Assembly: GCA_951406725.2 (NCBI GenBank)
Contig: OX597835.1
Span: 37,076,001 to 37,140,000, forward strand
Reading direction: 5' to 3'
DNA length: 64,000 nt
Source: Octopus vulgaris
Taxonomy: Eukaryota
Shown here: one piece after another, positions 54,363 to 64,000 of the stretch
Position numbering within the stretch: position 1 is the stretch's first letter
Layout of the letters: the number at the start of each line of letters is the position of its first letter
Translations under genes and position numbers: made by a program
Notes under the pieces: model-generated
The model's input: the letters and a program-made list of their open reading frames with translations, nothing else
Databases searched by the model: none
What the model was told of the DNA's origin: nothing

Positions 54363-54699
54363 CATGCATGCATTTATGTATATGTATGTATGTACATTAA
54401 CATGTATACATATGTATATATACATTTATATGCACATATATATGTGTGTGTGTGAGTAAATATATATATACATACACACACACACATATATTCATATTTA
54501 TGTATGTATATATATAATACATATATATGTATATCTATATTTATTTCTATATATATATGTACATATATATATATATATATTCACAAGCATATACATACGT
54601 ATATAGGTATACACACACATATGTACATATGTGTTACCTGCACACACATGAATATATGCATACATACATACATACATATATATATAAATAAATGCATAC

Positions 54700-54775
<76 letters not shown>

Positions 54776-55568
54776 GTATATATGTGTGTGTGTGTATATA
54801 TATATATATTTTATATGTGTATGCATATGTCTTTGTCTATCTGTGTGTTTGAGCGAATCTACGAATGTTTATCGGTGAGTGTTTGAACGTGGTGTTTCAC
54901 AAGAAACTTATTGAAATATTCAGTATTGGCAGTGGTTTGATGTGGTAGTGGTCATGGTTGGGTTGTGTTGTTTAGATTAGCTTAGTAAGGTGGTATGATG
55001 GATACAGTGTTTTCTATGAAGCAAGAATAAGAGAAAACTAAAGCATTTTGCAAGGGTCCTCCAAGAAATGAATAGATCAAAAATAGCAGATTATTATTAT
55101 TATTATTATTATTATTACTTTGTTATTGTTGTCATTGTTGCTGTTGTTGTTGTTGCTGTTCTTGTTATTCTTGATTTTCTTGTTCTTCTTCTTATTGTTG
55201 TTGATATAGTTTTTGTTGTCATTATTAAAAAAAAAAATAAAGGAAATCATCATCATCGTCATCATCATCATCGGCAGCACGACAACAGCATTAACAACGC
55301 TGAAGTTGGCACCAATACCGTCACCATCATTATCATTATCATCATCATTGTCGTCATCGCCATCACCATCATCATCATTGTCAACTCCCCAACTCACTCT
55401 GTACACCCCACAGCAACTGTCAACATCTTCATCATCATTGTTGCCATCACCACCACCACCACCACCACCACCACCACCAACACCAACATCATCATCACAA
55501 TCATCATCATCATCATCATCATCACCACCACCACCACCACCACCACCACCACCACCACCACCACCACC

Positions 55569-55614
<46 letters not shown>

Positions 55615-57270
55615 CTGTTGCTGTCATCATCATCATCAGAATCAGCATACCAGCCTTGTCGCCGCCACCTCCTCATCATCATTATCATCGTTGTCATCAG
55701 TATGATGAAGAACAATGCCTCAACCACTCCATCAGTGCAAACAATGGTGCCAAAATCACCACCACCGCCACCACCACTGCCATGACCATTACTACCACCA
55801 CAACGAAAAATACTAAGGACAATACCACCAGAGCAACAACAACAACAACAATAATGATACTTAACAATAAGAAGAAGAACAACAAAAGCCCCCCTAACAA
55901 TGATGCATGGCTTTCAAACGCTTCAAATTTGAAGCTTTTAACTTAGAGAACTGAAAGACGAAAACACCCACTCACACTTACCCACCACTCCTCTCCCCGA
56001 CCACCACACTTGCACACGCATGCGCACACACATGCATATACACATATACGTATACATGCACATATATACATATATAGATACACATACACATGCACACGCA
56101 CACACACACACACACATATATACATGCACACATATATGTACAAGATCATATATACATATATACATACACACACACGTGTATACACACACACGCATATACA
56201 CATATATGTATACATGCACATATATACATATATATATAGATACACATACACATGCACTCACACACATGAATACATACACACACACATATACATACATACA
56301 TACAAGAACATATATACAGATATACATACACACACACATGCACATATACTTATATAGATATAGACACATACACATACATACAAGTAGATATATACACATG
56401 GTGACATACACATATGTACATACATATAAACACACACACACACGAACTCACACCTATGCACACACACATACACACATGATAGCTCCGTGCTGTTTCCACC
56501 AAATTCAGAATTTCTTTATCCAGTCCCAACCCATTTCTGATTCCAAGAACTAAAACTAACTAAAGAGATGAGAAGAAGCAAAAGAAGACGATCTTTCCAA
56601 TGATTTCCTTTACCAAGATCGGCACCAAATTCTGCTTGGTAAATAAGAGAAAAACGAAAGAGAAAGACAGAAACCAAGAGAGAGAGAGAGAGAGAGAGAG
56701 AAAGAAAGAGAATAACAATGAAAGAACAGAGAAAAATGCAGAAAGAAAGAGAGAAAAAGAGAGAAAGAGACAAAGTGTGGGACATGAAAGACAAAGTCAA
56801 CAGTTTGGTATTTTTATAGTAAATTATACCAAAGAGAGAACTTTTGTTGCTGCCGTTGCAGTTTTGCTGTGGTTTTTTGTTTGTTGTAGCAGATATTGGT
56901 CTTTGAAGATTTTTATAGTAATGTGTTGTTCTATATTCCAAAATTTAACAGAAAATATTGTTTTTGTTTGGTATCGTATTTTCGTCGAATTTTATCGTAT
57001 TTATCTCGGTCGCATTTAAATGTTGTTTTAATCAAAAGCTCTAAAACTTGTGTGAAGAGAAGAGAAGGTTTTTGTGATTGGAAAAATCCATGTCAAATAC
57101 AAACAGGATATATATATAGTCTTTGATCAATATATATACACATTCGTCAGACATGTGTAGAATATATATATGCTATGTATTTATATCCGTTTGTATGTAT
57201 GTATGTGCATATATATATTTGTCTGTAGCTAAGTATGAATGTAAGTACATATGCATGTATGCATAGGCAT

Positions 57271-57304
<34 letters not shown>

Positions 57305-57429
57305 CATTTATATTTATATACATATATATGTATATGTGTGTGTGTATATATATATATATGTAAATATTTATATAATATGTGTGTGCGTATGTATACACAC
57401 ACATATCTATACACACACACACATATATG

Positions 57430-57790
57430 TATGTATGCCTCAGTAAAGCTGGACTCAAGAGTCATCGTCGTAGTCATAAAACGAGACAGATGAGTGACAA
57501 CCTGGCCACTGGTGGTGGTGTTACACACCATACTAATCATATCTGTCGGGCATGTGAAAGAGAGTGTAATTTGGCAGGAGGACTTAAATGACATGCAAAG
57601 ATACACAAAGCCCAGTTACAACTACAGCCAGCTATTGCCAGTAAAGGTTTTAGCTGCCAATTCTGTACAAGATATTGTAGATCTTTAGCTGGGCTAAAAG
57701 GCCACATTTGATCACAGCACCAATAACAGTTAAGCTTCGTGCAATGGCCATACTCGATAACGAGGGGGCAGCCATCATGTATGTATGTAT
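57430..57790 (+). mobile_element. LINE (probably RTE) 3' end encoding three C2H2-type zinc fingers
   Basis: CLSKAGLKSHRRSH; CRACERECNLAGGLK*HAKIH; CQFCTRYCRSLAGLKGHI*SQH in one frame; tail ggccatactcgataacgagggggcagcca(tgta)n also present at 24735-24800. Confidence 0.7.
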
Positions 57791-57914
57791 GCATGTGTGT
57801 GCAGCAAAGCGAGAGACTTAGAAATGCCACTATGAAAGGTTGCCAAATGAAGAGAATGAATAGGAGAAGGAGAGTCTGCCAAATGTTGACCCAACAGCTT
57901 TCCGAATTGACCAG

Positions 57915-58300
57915 CTATCCAAATTGACAGTACCTTGGTAAATAAAGCAATTAAGGGTACAAAGAAAAGGAAAGCCCAACCCATCAGGAATCACAGCTGA
58001 GATGCTAAAATATCTGGTGGTGTAGGCTATAGTCTAGTCACCTGTATAGTTAATGAGGTGATACAGGAAGGAGACATACCCAATGACTGGTGTAGCAGCA
58101 CCATAGTCAACGACTACAAAGGTAAAAGTGAAACCTTAGATAGGAATAATTACAGAGCTATCAAATTGTTGGATCAGATGATTGATAGTCACAGAGAGGG
58201 TCATAGTCCAACTAATTAGGGAGAGATTTAGCATAGATGTGATGCAATTTGGTTTTGTGCCAGGCAGAAGCACCACTGATGTTATATTTCTGGTAAGACA
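57915..58300 (+). pseudogene. RTE reverse-transcriptase N-terminal fragment
   Basis: SGITAEML..IPNDWCSSTIVNDYKGK..NNYRAIKLLDQ..MQFGFVPGRSTTDVIFLVR. Confidence 0.9.
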
Positions 58301-58432
58301 TATCTTCACCACTGGATGCTCCTGAACCAGTTGCAAAGTGCCCCACCCATGAGGGATCAATGCTAAATGTGTTGAAACAATTGTTGTGACAAATAAAAAT
58401 TCTCATATATTCCATCTTCTCTCTTTCATTTA

Positions 58433-58469
<37 letters not shown>

Positions 58470-58498
58470 CATCTCCCTCTCTCTCTATAAATATATAT

Positions 58499-58800
58499 CA
58501 TCGTGACTGACCAGGCTATCAGATGTTGCTACACATCACTGGTCACAATGCGCTTCGCATTTTTTTTAGCCTTCAAATGATGCCACCCCGTTGGTTAAGC
58601 GAGCAGGCCAACAGAAGAAAGAGTGAGAGAAAGTTGTGGCGAAAGAGTACAGCAGGGATCGCCACCACCCCCTGCCGGAGTCTCATAGAGCTTTAGGTGT
58701 TTTCGCTCAATAAACACACACAACACCTGGTCTGGGAATCGAAACTGTGATCCTTCGACCGCGAGTCCGCTGCCCTAACCACTGGGCCATTACACCTCCA
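58499..58800 (-). mobile_element. Full-length SINE B
   Basis: ggaggtgtaatggcccagtggttagggcagcggactcgcggtcg..gtttcgattccc..gatagcctggtcagtcacgatgat. Confidence 0.9.
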
Positions 58801-58812
58801 CATGTGTGTATG

Positions 58813-58903
<91 letters not shown>

Positions 58904-59561
58904 AATGTATGTGTGCATGCCTTTGTATTTGTACCTCATCGGCAGTTAACAACTGGTGTAGGTTTGTTTATAGCCTTGTAACTTAGTGGTTTGGCAAAAG
59001 AGACAGTCAGAATAAGCATCAGACATAAAAATAAGCAATGATGTCAATTTGTTCTTTAACTGAGCTGCAGTCCTGCTGAGAGATGCAGGTCTGCATGTGA
59101 GGTCAACAAGCTTGTTTCCAAACCACATAGTCCTGGGTTCAGTTCCACTGTGTGGCACCTTGAGCAAGTGTCTTCTACTACTGTCTTAGGCCAACCAAAG
59201 CCCCATGAGTGTTTATATACCTTGAGGGATTTGGTGAACCAAATCGACCCTAGGGTTTTTTTTTTTGAAGTCTGGTACTTATTCATTCAGATTGATTGTT
59301 GAACTGCTAAGCTACAAGGACATAAAAAAGCCAACACCGGTTATCAAGAGGCAGGGAGAGACAAACACTAACACAAAGACAGTCAGTTGACTGCAGCCAT
59401 GCTGGAGCACCACCTTGAACAAACTGACATTTTTTTTTTAAAGTCTAGTACTCATTATATCAGTCTCTTTTGCTAACATGCTAAGTTATGGGGACATAAA
59501 CTCACCAACACCAGTTGTCAAGCAGTATGGAGGTGAACAGACACAAAGACACACACATATG

Positions 59562-59646
<85 letters not shown>

Positions 59647-59886
59647 GTGTGGACGTTAAACGATGATGAATGTATGATGATATATATATATATATATATA
59701 TTCTCTTACTTGTTTCAGTCATTTAACTGTGGCCATGCTGGAGAGTCAAATAAATCGACTCCAGGACTTATTCTTTGTAAGCCTAGTACTTATTCTATTG
59801 GTCACTTTTTGCTGAACTGCAAAGTGACAGGAATATAAACACAAACACAAATAACAAATACATCCATCTATACATATATATATATG

Positions 59887-59961
<75 letters not shown>

Positions 59962-60456
59962 GGCTTCTTTCAGTTTCTGTCTCTAAATCCACCCACAAAG
60001 CTTTGGTCAGCCCGAGCCTATAGCAGAAGGCACTTGGCCAAGGTGTCGCACAGTGGGACTGAACCCAGAACCATGTTGTTGGGACACAAGCTTCTTACCA
60101 TACAACCATGCCAGCACCTATAATACAAATTAGTTTTCTATTAAAAGACAGTCGTTATATATATTATTGGATATGAGAGAATTTTGGTGGGATTGTAAAC
60201 CCTTAAAGGGATCAGCAGGTCAACTAGAATTGATTGTGCCCCACAATTTTCCCAGGCTCCGTTGCAAGTAAATTCCCATTTATCACCTTCCTCCGCTTTC
60301 TAGAAAGGAAAGTGTTTTGACAAGGAGTCAGATTGCAGTTGATCCCACTTTGCTCTCTGATGTTGAAATGCTGTAGCAGGGTGACATTTGGGATGGATAA
60401 ATACGTGTATGTGTGTGTGTATTTATGTATATATGTATGTATATAAACATATCTAG

Positions 60457-60527
<71 letters not shown>

Positions 60528-60720
60528 CATGCACAGATGTGTCTGTTGTGTATGTGGATGTGTGTTCACATGTACTCTTACACATACATACATGAAGGCA
60601 TATACACAAGCATACATATGTATGTACATATACGTGTGTATATATGCATATGCATATATATTCATGGATATATATATGTATTTGCATGTGTATATATATA
60701 TATATATGTATGTATGTATG

Positions 60721-60772
<52 letters not shown>

Positions 60773-60903
60773 TACATATGTATGTCTATCTATCTATCTC
60801 TCTCTCTCTCTCTATATATATATAAAATATATATATGTATATGCATATATATGTGTGTGTGTGTGTATATATATATATGTATGTGTATATATCTCTATTT
60901 ATA

Positions 60904-60995
<92 letters not shown>

Positions 60996-62074
60996 CGAGG
61001 GAGAGAGAGAGAGAGAGTGTGTGAGGAAGAGAGAGTGAGTGAGTGAGAGAAAGAGAGAGAGTGGGGAGAGAAAGAGTGGGATATATGGTAATGCCAACTG
61101 GAAGATCATCTGACAGAGAAATCCAGGACCTAAGAATAATTGCTCCTCCCATTAAACTAAGGTTTATCTCACGAACCTCTAACTTCCTGGTCAGACAAAT
61201 TCCAGGAGTGTTCTTCTCTTGTACCAAGCTTTCCAAACTACCCCTGCACCCACCTGACACCCAGTGTTGGTTTGTTTATGTCCCAGTAACTTAATGATTC
61301 ATCCAAAAAGATTGACAGAACAGGTACCAGATTTCAAAATACATACTGGGGTTGATTTGTTCAGCCAGCCCCTTTGAGGTGGTCCTCCAGCATGGCTACA
61401 ATCTAATGAACGAAACAAGTAAAAGGTATTTGGTTATGTATTTAGCCCATGGACTAAAAAGAACAGGAGGAAACACATGAGATGTAGAGTTACTGAAGTG
61501 GTCACAGGGTGTGTGACAAAAGATTTCCAGACAAAGGACATAAGAACTATAATAAACCTGAAGTGAGGAACAAATATATAAGTGTGTGTGTTTATTTGGC
61601 AACAACAAAAAAATGACTATCCTGGAAATATAGCAGTATATATATATATATATATAGACACAGGAGTGGCTGTGTGGTAAGTAACTTGTTTACCAACCAC
61701 ATGGTTCCGGGTTCAGTCCCACTGTGTGGCACCTTAGGCAAGTGTCTTCTACTATAGCCTCGGGCTGACCAAAGCCTTGTGAGTGGATTTGGTAGACGGA
61801 AACTCAAAAGAAGCCCGTCGTATATATATATATATATATATATATGCGTGTGTGTGTTTGTGTGTCTGTGTTTGTCCCCCTAGCATTGCTTGACAACTGA
61901 TGCTGGTGTGTTTATGTCCCTGTTACTTAGCAGTTTGGCAAAAGAGATCGATAGAATAAGTACTGGGCTTACAAAAGAATAAGTTGCTCGATTAAAGGTG
62001 GTGCTCCAGCATGGACACAATCAAATGACTGAAACAAGTAAAAGAGTAAAGAGTAAAAAGAGATATATATAGTT

Positions 62075-62262
62075 GGAAGATGAAGATAGGTATGTGAACA
62101 ACAAACAGGTGTATTAACAGGTGTTTAACGCTCAGGAAGGTGAGAAAGTCTTTTATGTTTTGAGCCTACGCTCTTCAACGGAAAGGAACACGAGAAAATA
62201 AACAGAGAGAGAATAAAAAAAAAAGCTTTGGTGGCTAACAGTCAATCATGGTGATGGTCGGA
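62075..62262 (-). mobile_element. Family H3 repeat with hammerhead-like motif at 62150-62185
   Basis: cuuu-CCGUUGA-a-gagc-guag-gcuc-AAAAC-AUA-aaag; homologous to 12425-12620. Confidence 0.55.
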
Positions 62263-62274
62263 CATATATATAGA

Positions 62275-62988
62275 CTAGCAGTATAACCCAGCTTTGCCCG
62301 GGACTAAGTTAGGATTATTAAGCAAATCAAGTTCTTTATTTCAAATTAACGTCAAATTTGGGCAAAATCTGTTGAAATTGGTTTATATATATAATATAAT
62401 ATAAAATAATATAATATAATATAAATATATATGGGTAACACACACACATACATGCATACGTACACCTATTGCATGTTTTTTGCACTCATACATGTTCATA
62501 AACAAAAATGAAAGGAAAAAATGTTAGTAAATTTGTAGGTTAAGACTCGCATGACTTTCACTAAGAAAAAAGAAATTGGATTTTTTGCATGGAATCAACT
62601 ACTCTGGCCTCCTAATATGCTACAAAACCCTTTTTGTGGTCCGAAAAACAGGGTGGGGTGTGGTGGAAGCCTCGGAAATTGTACCCATTTATATTGTGTA
62701 ATTCACTGACAAATTGTTACCAACCTCTTTGTTGTTAAATAAATGGATTCTCAGCAAAACACTTTCTTCCTTAGTGAAATAAAAACAAAACTCTTCCGTG
62801 CCCAAAGTAATTGTGTGTGAGAAAAACATGAACGATTTAAAATATATTTTAATTGTTGTGTGAGAAAGTATATATAATCCGATTATGAAATATAGTGTCT
62901 TTCAAAAACATCCTAAATTTGAAGACTATATCTCATGTTTAAGAAAAAAACAAAACATTTTACATTTTTATTTTTGATGAATGCTGTC

Positions 62989-63044
<56 letters not shown>

Positions 63045-63149
63045 CTTTGTCTTTAACTTTTTTTTGTTAGATGCTGTCAAACTCTCTCCCTCTCTCTCTT
63101 ACACATACTTTTACTTTACTTTTTTGTTAGATGCTGTCAAACACACACA

Positions 63150-63185
<36 letters not shown>

Positions 63186-63476
63186 TACACACACATACAT
63201 CAACACACAACTTCTCTCTCCCTCACACACACTTTCACTTGGATATGGCAAAAAGGGGCTTAACTCATGTTAGCAAACTTCAAAATTGGTAAAAGTTATG
63301 ATTGAAAATAGATTTTTACCGCTATCAGCGGGTGTCCCGGGAAAAAATAAGTTGACAAAACCCAGGTAGGATGGTGATGAATGTCCTCCTAAAATTGGAG
63401 TGACATGCGTGCTAATTTGTGGACATGCATAAACTACATTCGCGTACACACACATTCTGCTTTTAATATCTACAGA
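62275..63476 (-). mobile_element. Non-autonomous Helitron
   Basis: Minus strand starts A|TC.. and ends with hairpin CCCGGGCAAAGCTGGG, 8 nt, then CTAG|T; no TSD; internal (CT)n and gatgctgtca repeats. Confidence 0.7.
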
Positions 63477-64000
63477 TATATATTTATTTGTTTACTTTTA
63501 TTTACTTGTTACACAGTCATTTGACTGTGGCCATGCTGGAGCACCACCTTGAAGGGTGTTAGTCTAAGAAATCAACCCCAGGACTTGTTCTTTGTAAACC
63601 TAGTACTTATTCTATCAGTCTCTTTTGCCGAATTGCTAAGTTACAGGGACATAGACACACCAGCATCGGTTGTCAAGTGATGGCTGGAGGACAAATAGAC
63701 ACACACACAAATATATGCAAACACACACACACATGCATATATATATATGACAGGCTTCTTCTAGTTTCCAATTCAAGGCTTTGGTTGGCCTGAGGCTATA
63801 ATAGAAGACACTTACTGAAGGTGCCACACAGTGGGACTGCACCTGGAATTTGGGGGTTGGGGTATATATATATATTATGTTCCCACACACAAAACACCAC
63901 CACGTGGACTCTGTTGAAACTAGTAAGTAACAATTATGAACTTTTTTATTACACTTAACTTTTTAAAATATTCTTGATAAGGTTCGTTTTTTCAAGGAGA

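Noticed and set aside
56480-56640. Candidate exon ending TTG|GTAAAT
   Set aside because: No acceptor giving a frame compatible with the 23724 phase-1 donor; no recognisable protein

Overview
AT-rich, microsatellite-saturated animal genomic DNA. The SINE repertoire and the (TA)n/(CA)n density suggest an octopod cephalopod (inference). Almost all ORFs in the track are artefacts of simple repeats or SINEs. The window is mostly transposon debris: at least four tRNA-headed SINE families (labelled A-D here), 5'-truncated RTE, R4/Dong and CR1 LINE fragments, Penelope-like element (PLE) GIY-YIG remnants, Tc1 (DD34E) and maT-like (DD37D) transposase relics, hAT, Tigger-like and MULE/Merlin-like MITEs, and a non-autonomous Helitron. 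One host-gene candidate stands out: a 225-codon non-repetitive ORF (14946-15623) with a SILK+RVxW motif and a phase-compatible downstream exon (23636-23724). The main hidden signal is 11 minimal type-I hammerhead-ribozyme motifs in about six short repeat families. They have palindromic helix-III regions and most are decayed. One lies directly downstream of a PLE ORF end, two lie downstream of tRNA-like Pol III heads, and one family occurs twice as outward-facing inverted pairs. There is also a ~78-bp tandem array of truncated tRNA-like units. All calls were made by eye; repeat boundaries are approximate.
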